From an uncultured virus (IMG/VR IMGVR_UViG_3300025137_000019) (Duplodnaviria; Heunggongvirae; Uroviricota; Caudoviricetes), in IMG/VR virus record IMGVR_UViG_3300025137_000019: a stretch of DNA of 54,265 nucleotides. One strand, given 5' to 3'. Positions 19,674 through 29,579 of the stretch are shown in pieces (the stretch's first letter is position 1; every line of letters starts with the position of its first letter). The notes beneath the pieces are model-generated. The model did not search any database. It had not been told where the DNA came from and worked only from the letters and a program-made list of their open reading frames with translations. A program made the position numbers and the translations under genes.

Positions 19674-22600
19674 ATGGCTTGTGCACTAAATCAAGAACAG
19701 GTATTAGATGTTTATGAAATCTTAATTGGTGATATACTTGAACTAGGTGTTGATACACCTTTTCAACTAGACACTGTTGTTAAAGATCTTTATAATGCAA
19801 TTAATGATAAAGAGAAAGCTGTGCTTTATGCTCAAGCAACTCCTGATATATTAAATTTAGTTTTACAAGATGATGAAGCTAATGAAAAGCTAGTAATGTC
19901 TGGTTTTGATTTTACTAATCTAGCTAAAATGAGAGTAGAGTTTAATAACTTAGATAATGTATCTAAATTTGTAGCTCAAAAAAAAAGAACTAAAAAAGAT
20001 GTTGATTCAGATATAGCAGGTATTAGTAAAGGTAATGCTGCTAAGCGTCCTAAAGATTCTGGTGATGAAAAAATCTTATGGTCATATAATGAGAATGAAG
20101 GAGCAAAGGTTGTATTTCCATTAGCAACAACATCTCAAATAGCATACTCTGAAAATCCAGAAGAGGTTTCAGAAGAAAAAAGAAATGAGATTGATCCAGA
20201 AAAGAAACTATTCTATGATGTTATTAAAGACATAGTATATATTTCTAGACAACAAGAAACAGATTCACAAGAAATTATTTACGGTGATACTTCTCTTGCT
20301 TTAGTGGCAAAAAAAGCTAGTGATGTAGACCCAATGCTGCTTACAACTGATGATAGAAACTTTTTAGAAGAAAACCCTGAGTCATCTGGTATTGTATCTA
20401 TTATATCTGACACGGAAGGTAAACCAGTTTTTTTTGATGAGGGTGGTAATGTTACTACTGAAGATAAAGGAAGAATAGTTTATAGCTATTTAAGAAGAGT
20501 TAACCTAGTAAAAGATAAATTACTGTTATCTAATAGAAGCAATAGACATTACAACCTGGTAGAACCAGAGGTTATTGTGTCTAGATTAGTAGAGCAAATG
20601 GAATCTCAACCTAAAGCTAAAAAAGTTTCTAAAAAATGGTTTGATGATAAGGTTAAGGAGATAAGAGATAAGCAAGAAAAAGAAATGAATGATTTGTATA
20701 CTCTTAGAAATCATATCATGGATACAGAACAGTCTGTTATATTACCCATTATAGGTGGTAGTTTTGGTATACCTACAAATAAAGCTAAGACAATGAGTTT
20801 AGCAGAGTCGGGTATTTCTTTACAGGATATAAAACAGTATCAGCAAATTACTACTGAAGGTAAAAATAAAGGTAAGCAGTTTATTATGTTGTCAATGGAA
20901 AGACCAGGTTTAACCGTTGATCAACAAATATTTTTACAAAGAGGTGATATAAACTCTGAATTAGCAGATAAAATTGCAGATGTATTAACTACAAGTGCTA
21001 CACTAAAAGGTAAGCAATTAACACCTGAAGATAGAAAAAACTATTTTGAAATTTTTATTAATAATGCTATTGGTAAAGGTTTTAAAACTAATAGAGATAG
21101 AATTACTGCTAAAGTTAGAGTAAGGGATAATGAAAAATCTTTAGTGGTAACTATAAAAGGAGAAGAGATTCCTCAAGATCAACTTTATACTGAAGAAACT
21201 AGAAATAAGGTTAAAGAGCATCTAATGAATGCTATTGACTTTAAAGGGGTAAGAACTTATCCTGCAAACGTACAGTTTAATAATAAGTATAAAAATGGTG
21301 ACTTTGATGATTATACAATAGACGGAGATAAAATTACAGTAGAGAGTAAAAACTATTTTAATTTTATAAAGCCTTTTATAAAAATAGAATATCAGGATAG
21401 TGATAATGCATATATGAATGGTCTAAACGCATATATGAACTATAGTATTCCAGAAGGGTTTAATCCTGAAGATTCTCAGTTCTATAAAGTTGGTAGACCT
21501 GTTACTAAAGATAAGACAAAGGTTCAAAAACGTTTTGAGAAAAAGAAAAATAAGAAAAAAGATAAAGATTCTTATAAGTCTGTAAAGGAAAAGAAAAGTA
21601 TACGCAACACTAATAAAGTTCAACCAGCTGCTGAGACCAAACCAAAAACTAAAAAAGAAGCTGTAGATAAAGCAGTTGGTAAGGGTGGTCTTTTAGCTGA
21701 TATACTTAACCAACCATCTAGAAATCTTAATGCAACTGTTAAGGCTAAATCTAAAAAGTTAAATAGAGATAAGACAATTAATGCATATTTAAATAATGTA
21801 TTTAGTAATAAAAAAGACCGTGATTCAGCTGAAACTTGGTGGTCTAACTCACCCTTAAGTAAACATATTGAACTAGAAAGAATTACTGAAATTGTAAATT
21901 CAGATGCTTATGCTACCTGGCAAGGATATGGTATTACACTATATGAAGGAGATGGTGGTACTGCTGTTGATTTATACCATGAGGCGTGGCATGGTTTCTC
22001 TCAATTATTTTTAAGTGTATCTGAGAAAACTTCATTATACAATAAGTTAATGGAGAATGATAGGTGGAAGAAAAAATCATTCTTAGAAATTGAAGAGGAT
22101 ATTGCTGAAGATTTTAGAAGATTTGCTAAATCAAAAGGTAAGGTTAAAAGACAAGGAGTTGTCGGTAGAATATTTAATAAGATTTATAATTTCTTAAGAG
22201 ATCTTTTTAAGGGTGTAACTAAAAAAGAAGTTATCACAAGACCTTCAGATATACCCGTTGTTAAAGAATTGTTTGATAAACTATATAGAGCATCAGAAAA
22301 TCCAGAGATTATTTCTAATCTAAAACCTTCTATGAACAATATATTGTTTACAGAACTTAATAGATTAAAAACCATTAATGAAAACTTTACTATTGATGAG
22401 TCTGTAAAAATATCTAGTGCAATGGATAATATTGTTTCTCATCTTATTAAGAACTTTAATAGAGATAATAATACTACCGCTGGAGCACTTAAAATCTTAA
22501 GAGATACAGATCAAAAGATTGCATTATATGATGATGCTTATGCCATGTTAGAGGCTGTAGCTAATCAGTATGAGGGCTTTATTACTCAGATCATAGAAGA

Positions 22601-25600
22601 TAATGAAAATGCTGCTAAACCTGACATAGCTTTATTACAGCAATATCAAGATAAATTTGACTTGATTAAAAAGGCCATGGCTAACTATGGAGATCCTGTA
22701 GAAACATTAGATGGAGATACTGTACAAGCAAATGTTATAAATTATCACTTAGAAAAATCTATTTATAAAGTACTAGGTGATGAGTATATAGAGGTGGAAG
22801 ATCCAAGTGATTTAAAAACAACAACGTTATTTAAAAAAGACCAGGGTAATAATATCTCAGCAAGAGAACTTGCAGGACAAGATACATTAATGCTATTAGC
22901 TAGTATAGTTAAAACAGAAAAAGATGAAGATGGTAATTTGGTAGATTCTTTAGATTATTTTGGTATACCGCAAATACAAAGTATTGATATAACATGGAAT
23001 AGATTAGCTAAAATACTAGAAGGTTCTTTTAATGATCAAGAATTGTATAATAGAATATTAGAAAACGCTGACAACTATCCTGAGCTAGAACAGCTTTCAA
23101 ATCTATTACCTAATCCAGGTGTAGATTATAGAGATTCAGCTGAGTTTGATTTAGAGACTAGTTTTTGGCAAGACTTTAAAAAACCAAGATTACCTTATAT
23201 TCAGTTAAACCTAAATACAGAAGGAGATACAGAAAAGGTATATGAGGCTAGAGTAATGAAGGCCAGTTTTGATACACGCCAGGTTATGAATGACTGGACT
23301 CAAAATTTTAAGATATCAGATAAATCAACTAACCCATATGTAAATGTAGATAAGCTAGGAAGATCTGTTTTAAATACTAAAAAAATTATAAAAGACTTTA
23401 GTATAAATGGTCAATTCAACTATAAAAAAGCTAATAGATTTTTAAAAGCTGTAGGAATACAGTTAGATATGACAAGCACAGCTCTTAAGAATATAGTTAA
23501 TAATAGAACTACACCTTTTAGTAATACTTTTGGAATTGATAGAATGTTCCAAATAGTAAGTCAAGTAGATAAGTTAGAAAAAACATATCCATCTGAAGCC
23601 TATCAATTTAAAATTAATCCTTTAAGATACTTTAGAGAAGGATTACCAAAACAACTTAGATTAAGTGAAGATAATAGTCAAGAAGTTAGTGGTAGAATTA
23701 AAGTCCTAGCAGAACTTCAAAATACATATTCAGATAAATTTTCAAACTTTAGTGTTCAAAGTGCTGAAGGTAATAGAGTATGGGAACATTTTCTTGATAA
23801 TACTATAACTAGAATGGTTACTTCTATTAACTATGCAGAAAACTGGCAAGAGTTAACAGGTCAAGAATTTGCTGATCCTGATCAACTCTTTAAGCACATG
23901 TATTGGATGGGTGAGGATAATAACACAATGACTCAATTTTCTGTATTATTAAAATCTATTTTTCATTTAGATGATTCAAATCCTGAAACTTATGGTAAGA
24001 AAAAAGATATAGGTAATAAATTAAAATTACAAAATGTATCAGGTACACAATTAATAGGTAAAAATACAATTGGATCTGCTACAGCTTCAATGGACGCAAC
24101 TAGTAAGTATCTTCAAGAGTTTCATACAATGTTGTTAAGTGGTGTAGAAGAATTTATGAGACATGCTTCTAAGAATACTGCACAAGGTTTATCTTTAACA
24201 GAAAAAATTCAAACCTATAATGGCAAAAGAGCTAATAATCTTTATGTAGACATTGAAGCATTTATGCCAGGAGCTTTTGGTACAATGAAAGCTAATGATA
24301 TACTGATGGGTTATATTGCAGGAGAAGGTAATAGAATCTTTAGATATAAATCAAACAAGAGTAAGTTTTCACAGTTTAAAGGTTACAATAGAACGGTTAA
24401 AAGAAAGGATGGTAAATCTGTAGACGCAGCAGAAGCATTCACTGCATTTGATGATGTATTATCAGCTGAAACACAAAGAAACTTATATAAAGAAATAGAT
24501 AATTCTATTGATGAAAATATAGGTGATTTTAATTTGATGGATGTTCTTAATGCTAATGAAGAATTAAGAGATAGTGTAGCTAGAGATTTAGATTTATACT
24601 TTGAAAAAGAATCTACAAATAATAATAACCGTTTAAGTAAAGCAAAATACTTAGATCAATCTCTCTTAGATAGAATAGATAGAGAGGGTTATCAATTAAC
24701 ACCTGATCAGCTTCAGGAAGTACTTTCTACTGCATATACGTATAACTCATGGATTCATAAGTTTGAAACAACCATATTAGCCTATGGTGATGTAGTACAA
24801 TATAACCATGCTAAAGAAGAGTTCCATAAACGTAATGCTGGTTTAGGATCGGGTGGTAGAAGTTTCCGCTCAGATTTAAGAGCTCAAGCTTTTATTAATG
24901 ATCAATCATTGTTTAAAAAGTATTATGCAGATAAAAAAGGTTATAGTGTAAAACCATATGACGGGACTCTTACTACTGGAATTCTTAAAGAGTATAAAAG
25001 AGATTCTATTATGTATGATGAGTACTTAAAGAGTTTGGAAGATGCTTATTATAATAAACTTAAAAATCGTACTAAAGCTAAGAAGCTTGCTAAAATTGCA
25101 ATGGGTGAGTATATGGGCATGGAAGTAGGTGATGGTCAAGGACATATTACTTTTGAGTCATATAGAATGCTAAAAAAACTTGAGAATAATTGGACTGATA
25201 ACCAAGAAAGATTATATAGAAAAATATCTTTAGGTGAGTCTATTAATATAGAAGACGTTGTAGAATATTTTCCACCCTATAAGCTTCAGTATTTTGGTAA
25301 CATGCAAACTACAGGACTTCCATTAACATCATTTCATAAATTCTCACTTGCACCAATAGTGCCAGGTGTTGCTAAGGAAAATACACCACTTGCAAAGATT
25401 CATGATAAAATGATGAAGGATCAAGTAGACTATGTAACATTTGAGTCAGGTTCTAAAGTAGGTCATATAGGATCAGGTGATGCATTTTTAAATCAAGATG
25501 GTACATTCAATGAAGATGCAACGTTTACTAAAAACGTAATATTTGCTGAGTATCTAAAAAATCAAACAGAAATAAATCCATCTTATAAGGGTAAATCAAT

Positions 25601-28600
25601 TTTCTCAACTCAAATGAGAAAGCTTATTTTAGAAGGGTTATATACACAGGGTGTCATAGATACTACTGATGAATCCAAGATAACGGAAGTAAAGGTTAAA
25701 AGATACCTAGACCATGTATCAGACTACACAGATCTATTAAAGTATGAGCTCTTAGAAGAAATTGGTTTTAAAGAAACAAGTAATGGAGAATTCGTAGCTA
25801 AAGATGCTAAAAGCAGAGGTAGACTTGCTAACCTAATAAGAACAAACTTAGAAAGAGAAGATGTACTAAGTGATGACTTAATAGAGTTTATAGATGTGTT
25901 TGAAAATGATGGTGAAATGCTACATGATATATCGTTTCATCCAGATGCTTCTAAGATTGAAAAAATATTACTTTCTGTAATTAACAAAAGAATAATAAAA
26001 CCTAAAGTAAAAGGTGAGCCTTTAGTTCAAGTTTCTTCCGCATTATATGAGAACCAACTAAATGTACCTGTCAATCTTAAAAATGCAAGTCAAGAAGATA
26101 TTAAAAAATATGTAGGGACAAATCTATTACCTACATATCATGCTGGTAAAGGTAAGACTAATGCAATGAAGGTAATGGTGGCCATGCAAAGTGATTATTA
26201 TAATTTGTTTAAGCTACCGTATGACTTAACTAAAAGAGAAAAAATAGAGGTTACTAATGAAGATGGTACTGTTAACGTAGAGGAAAGTATAAAAAGACTT
26301 AATGAAAAAATTAAGGATGATGCATGGCTAAACGGTAATGATGGTGCTAATAGAAAAGCAGTAACTATGGTAGGTGTTCGTATTCCTGTACAGGGACTAA
26401 ATTCTATGGAGTTCATGGAAGTCTATGAATTCTTACCCCCAGCTGCAGGTAACATAGTTGTAGTACCAGCAGAGATTGTAGCTAAGTCAGGTGGTGACTT
26501 TGATATTGATAAGCTCACAATATTTATGAGTAACTTAAATAAAAATGGTAGAGTCATAAGACCTCAGTTTTCTAACACAGCTGCTTTAAAGGAAGAAATG
26601 ACTAAAGAAGGTTTTAATCTTAATGAACTTAAGATTCAAAAAGCTGGTATTGAGAATGAAATGATTAATGACATTAGAGAAATCTTAGAAATGCCACATA
26701 ACTATGCAAGTCTTGTAACTCCTAATGGTACATTCTTGTTGAAGCAACTATCTGAAAAATTAGCTAGAGATGTAATGGAGTATGATCCGTTAGAAAATAG
26801 AATGTCTGATGAAAGAGGAGAGTCTATTTCACCTACTAGAATCTTTGAGGCAGGTTATAACTTATACAAGCATGAGTCAAATGCAGTTGGTAAAAGAACA
26901 TTAGGACTTGGTGCAATTGAAAATACATTTAATGTAATCATGAATGCTGCGGGTGCAAAGATGCCATCAGTAATTAATATACCGTTTGAAGGACAAAGAG
27001 ATGTAAGTCTTTATTTAAGACATAATAAGTTTGGTGATACAAATCAAATATCATTATCAGATCAATTTGATATAGATGGTGTAAATAAAGTTGCTGACGT
27101 TATATCACAAATGATGAATGGTTGGGTTGATGTTGAAAAAGATGCATGGGTATTCTTTATACAAGGTAACTATGAAGTAGCACCTCAGCTATTATATTTA
27201 ACAAAAGCAGGCGTACCAATAGAAGAAGCTGTTTATTTTGTTTCTAATCCATTAGTAAGAGAATATGTTGATGAACAACGTATTGCCAGATCTACATTTG
27301 CAGAGGTTTTAGGTAAAAAACCTGCTCAACCAACCTTTACTAAATATCAAGCAGCTAAGAATGTAATTAAAAATAACTTTGACTCAGATGTATTAGGTGC
27401 TAGAACTAAAAATAAAGTAAGACATGAGACTGGTGAAAAAATGATTGAGGACTTGCTTAGTAAAAGAAAAGATAAACACTTTAATTTAAAAGAACTTAAG
27501 AAAGTTGTAGAGTCGGATCCTACAGATATGAAAAAAGATAAGTTAGCACAGGCAATGTTCTTACATTATCTTTCAATAGAAAAACAAGTTGGTGGCCTAA
27601 CCGCATTAAAAATGTCTTCTAATCCTGACACTAGTACAAAGAGTACAATATCTGATGTAGAACAAACAGAAGCTAACTTGGATCAAATTAGAGAAGGTGA
27701 TCATGCTGAGTTACTAGAATCTTTTATGAATGATTCTGTTATTAGTTCCTTCTTTAATGGCCCACTAGCTCTTGCTTTAAGTAGACCTCTATTTAAATTA
27801 AGATTTCATAAGAACATTAGTGATTATTTAATAGTAAAGAGTGAAGCTATAAGAAATGATTTACAGTTTACATTTCCTGGGGGAACAACTGAAACGTTTT
27901 TAAATGTATTTAGAAATGACCTTGTAAGCTTTTTATTTCAAAATTCTCTAAGAAGATATAAACTAGAAGATACTTATATGTCTCATGCTATTAATAAAAG
28001 CATTCCTGTTAAACTTGTATCTAAGTTAGATAGAGGGGCTTTTGTTAAAGATGATATTTTATATGTAGATGAAAAAGAAATTAAAAGAGAATTTAAAACT
28101 AAATCTTGGGAGGTTGATTCTGAAGCGGAAAATAATTATGAGGACAAGAATCTGTATGCTCTAAATCCAAGTACGTTTATGCAGAATGGTGAATCTAACT
28201 ATAATGAATATTTAAAGTTTGTATTAGAGAGAGAAACATTAAGGCCATTATTTAGCTTTGCAGATGTTACAAAGACTCAAGAATTTGCAGAAGAATTAAA
28301 AAAGTCTGAAATAGAATTACCTGAAGAGTCCAATCAAAATCTAGCTAGATATACGTATGAAAGAATACTAGCTAATAAGGCGTTAGATAACACATATAAT
28401 TTCTATCATTTATTTAATAATCCAGAATACTCCATGGGTGTAAGATTATCAGAAATGCTTGTTAAATATCCTGATCTTGCTAGTAAGTTTGAAGTTCTTC
28501 AGAGAATGAGAAATAATACTAATAAAGAAGAGACTGTATTTAATATTGAAATTAATGATAAAGATTATAATAATGATAAGTCTAACCTTTACACTAAAAA

Positions 28601-29576
28601 TCTAGCTGATTTAGCTGACATATCTGTAATAAAATCTAATGATAATGAAGAAAATGCAAGAATTAGTGATTTCTTTAATAAGCTAAAAATGTTTGGCTTC
28701 TTGCAAAGTGGTATTAATAAGGAGAGCGTTAGTATAACTAATGTTTTAGATTATAGACCTTTTGTACAAGTACTTGAAACTGAATCTGATGCTTTTATAA
28801 AAGCTCTTGATACTGATGGTAACAAAATCTTAGATAACTTTTATAAATTATTTTTAGAGCAAAATGCAGCTACTAATAAAGATAAGCGTAGATATAAAGA
28901 TTACCTATCATTATTAAATTATAAGCAACCATCTAAGATTAAAGATATAGCTATACCAACAAGAAGTAGAACTCCTATTCTAGAGGATTCTCTTGATACT
29001 AGTGATTTAAATGTATCACCAGTAAGACAAGGCCTAAAAACAACTACTAAAAATAAAGTATTTACTTATAATGATAGATTTGCAAATAGTAATGTCTACT
29101 ATAACAATCTTATGCTTAACAATCAAGATGTAGTATTTATTCATAATACAACATTAAATGAATTAAAATCAGAATTTACTAAATCATTTGGTGGTCAAAC
29201 AGCGTTGGCTACAAACAGTAGTGGCATGGCTGTAAATTTCCCAACTGGTAATACTAAACCAGATGATGCTATGGAAGGTTTATCAGAAAGTCAAATAAAA
29301 GATATACAAGATTTATATGAAAGAAGAATAGCAGGTATCAAAGAACTAGTTGAAGGAGACACTAATATTGCATTTCCTGAAACAGGTATTGGTACCAGTT
29401 TACCTCAAGAATTATTTGTATATTTAAGTAAGAGGTTGTTTGAAGAATTTCAGTATGTTAATCCAGGATCTACAATGTATGATCAAGTTAATGATCTTAT
29501 AGGTAAGGCTCAAGGAATTACTGATCAAGAAATACTAAGTGCTCTACAATTAGAACAAGACCCTTTTAAATGTTAA
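19674..29576 (+). CDS. Virion-packaged single-subunit (double-psi beta-barrel) DNA-dependent RNA polymerase with zincin-like domain (3300 aa)
   Basis: KSGGDFDIDKL (DFDID at 26496-26510) preceded by RIPVQGLNSM and DGQG, matching the DFDID catalytic motif of crAss-like virion RNAPs such as phi14:2 gp66. YHEAWH...EEDIAE at 21978. Confidence 0.85.
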   Translation: MACALNQEQVLDVYEILIGDILELGVDTPFQLDTVVKDLYNAINDKEKAVLYAQATPDILNLVLQDDEANEKLVMSGFDFTNLAKMRVEFNNLDNVSKFVAQKKRTKKDVDSDIAGISKGNAAKRPKDSGDEKILWSYNENEGAKVVFPLATTSQIAYSENPEEVSEEKRNEIDPEKKLFYDVIKDIVYISRQQETDSQEIIYGDTSLALVAKKASDVDPMLLTTDDRNFLEENPESSGIVSIISDTEGKPVFFDEGGNVTTEDKGRIVYSYLRRVNLVKDKLLLSNRSNRHYNLVEPEVIVSRLVEQMESQPKAKKVSKKWFDDKVKEIRDKQEKEMNDLYTLRNHIMDTEQSVILPIIGGSFGIPTNKAKTMSLAESGISLQDIKQYQQITTEGKNKGKQFIMLSMERPGLTVDQQIFLQRGDINSELADKIADVLTTSATLKGKQLTPEDRKNYFEIFINNAIGKGFKTNRDRITAKVRVRDNEKSLVVTIKGEEIPQDQLYTEETRNKVKEHLMNAIDFKGVRTYPANVQFNNKYKNGDFDDYTIDGDKITVESKNYFNFIKPFIKIEYQDSDNAYMNGLNAYMNYSIPEGFNPEDSQFYKVGRPVTKDKTKVQKRFEKKKNKKKDKDSYKSVKEKKSIRNTNKVQPAAETKPKTKKEAVDKAVGKGGLLADILNQPSRNLNATVKAKSKKLNRDKTINAYLNNVFSNKKDRDSAETWWSNSPLSKHIELERITEIVNSDAYATWQGYGITLYEGDGGTAVDLYHEAWHGFSQLFLSVSEKTSLYNKLMENDRWKKKSFLEIEEDIAEDFRRFAKSKGKVKRQGVVGRIFNKIYNFLRDLFKGVTKKEVITRPSDIPVVKELFDKLYRASENPEIISNLKPSMNNILFTELNRLKTINENFTIDESVKISSAMDNIVSHLIKNFNRDNNTTAGALKILRDTDQKIALYDDAYAMLEAVANQYEGFITQIIEDNENAAKPDIALLQQYQDKFDLIKKAMANYGDPVETLDGDTVQANVINYHLEKSIYKVLGDEYIEVEDPSDLKTTTLFKKDQGNNISARELAGQDTLMLLASIVKTEKDEDGNLVDSLDYFGIPQIQSIDITWNRLAKILEGSFNDQELYNRILENADNYPELEQLSNLLPNPGVDYRDSAEFDLETSFWQDFKKPRLPYIQLNLNTEGDTEKVYEARVMKASFDTRQVMNDWTQNFKISDKSTNPYVNVDKLGRSVLNTKKIIKDFSINGQFNYKKANRFLKAVGIQLDMTSTALKNIVNNRTTPFSNTFGIDRMFQIVSQVDKLEKTYPSEAYQFKINPLRYFREGLPKQLRLSEDNSQEVSGRIKVLAELQNTYSDKFSNFSVQSAEGNRVWEHFLDNTITRMVTSINYAENWQELTGQEFADPDQLFKHMYWMGEDNNTMTQFSVLLKSIFHLDDSNPETYGKKKDIGNKLKLQNVSGTQLIGKNTIGSATASMDATSKYLQEFHTMLLSGVEEFMRHASKNTAQGLSLTEKIQTYNGKRANNLYVDIEAFMPGAFGTMKANDILMGYIAGEGNRIFRYKSNKSKFSQFKGYNRTVKRKDGKSVDAAEAFTAFDDVLSAETQRNLYKEIDNSIDENIGDFNLMDVLNANEELRDSVARDLDLYFEKESTNNNNRLSKAKYLDQSLLDRIDREGYQLTPDQLQEVLSTAYTYNSWIHKFETTILAYGDVVQYNHAKEEFHKRNAGLGSGGRSFRSDLRAQAFINDQSLFKKYYADKKGYSVKPYDGTLTTGILKEYKRDSIMYDEYLKSLEDAYYNKLKNRTKAKKLAKIAMGEYMGMEVGDGQGHITFESYRMLKKLENNWTDNQERLYRKISLGESINIEDVVEYFPPYKLQYFGNMQTTGLPLTSFHKFSLAPIVPGVAKENTPLAKIHDKMMKDQVDYVTFESGSKVGHIGSGDAFLNQDGTFNEDATFTKNVIFAEYLKNQTEINPSYKGKSIFSTQMRKLILEGLYTQGVIDTTDESKITEVKVKRYLDHVSDYTDLLKYELLEEIGFKETSNGEFVAKDAKSRGRLANLIRTNLEREDVLSDDLIEFIDVFENDGEMLHDISFHPDASKIEKILLSVINKRIIKPKVKGEPLVQVSSALYENQLNVPVNLKNASQEDIKKYVGTNLLPTYHAGKGKTNAMKVMVAMQSDYYNLFKLPYDLTKREKIEVTNEDGTVNVEESIKRLNEKIKDDAWLNGNDGANRKAVTMVGVRIPVQGLNSMEFMEVYEFLPPAAGNIVVVPAEIVAKSGGDFDIDKLTIFMSNLNKNGRVIRPQFSNTAALKEEMTKEGFNLNELKIQKAGIENEMINDIREILEMPHNYASLVTPNGTFLLKQLSEKLARDVMEYDPLENRMSDERGESISPTRIFEAGYNLYKHESNAVGKRTLGLGAIENTFNVIMNAAGAKMPSVINIPFEGQRDVSLYLRHNKFGDTNQISLSDQFDIDGVNKVADVISQMMNGWVDVEKDAWVFFIQGNYEVAPQLLYLTKAGVPIEEAVYFVSNPLVREYVDEQRIARSTFAEVLGKKPAQPTFTKYQAAKNVIKNNFDSDVLGARTKNKVRHETGEKMIEDLLSKRKDKHFNLKELKKVVESDPTDMKKDKLAQAMFLHYLSIEKQVGGLTALKMSSNPDTSTKSTISDVEQTEANLDQIREGDHAELLESFMNDSVISSFFNGPLALALSRPLFKLRFHKNISDYLIVKSEAIRNDLQFTFPGGTTETFLNVFRNDLVSFLFQNSLRRYKLEDTYMSHAINKSIPVKLVSKLDRGAFVKDDILYVDEKEIKREFKTKSWEVDSEAENNYEDKNLYALNPSTFMQNGESNYNEYLKFVLERETLRPLFSFADVTKTQEFAEELKKSEIELPEESNQNLARYTYERILANKALDNTYNFYHLFNNPEYSMGVRLSEMLVKYPDLASKFEVLQRMRNNTNKEETVFNIEINDKDYNNDKSNLYTKNLADLADISVIKSNDNEENARISDFFNKLKMFGFLQSGINKESVSITNVLDYRPFVQVLETESDAFIKALDTDGNKILDNFYKLFLEQNAATNKDKRRYKDYLSLLNYKQPSKIKDIAIPTRSRTPILEDSLDTSDLNVSPVRQGLKTTTKNKVFTYNDRFANSNVYYNNLMLNNQDVVFIHNTTLNELKSEFTKSFGGQTALATNSSGMAVNFPTGNTKPDDAMEGLSESQIKDIQDLYERRIAGIKELVEGDTNIAFPETGIGTSLPQELFVYLSKRLFEEFQYVNPGSTMYDQVNDLIGKAQGITDQEILSALQLEQDPFKC

Positions 29577-29579
29577 ACT

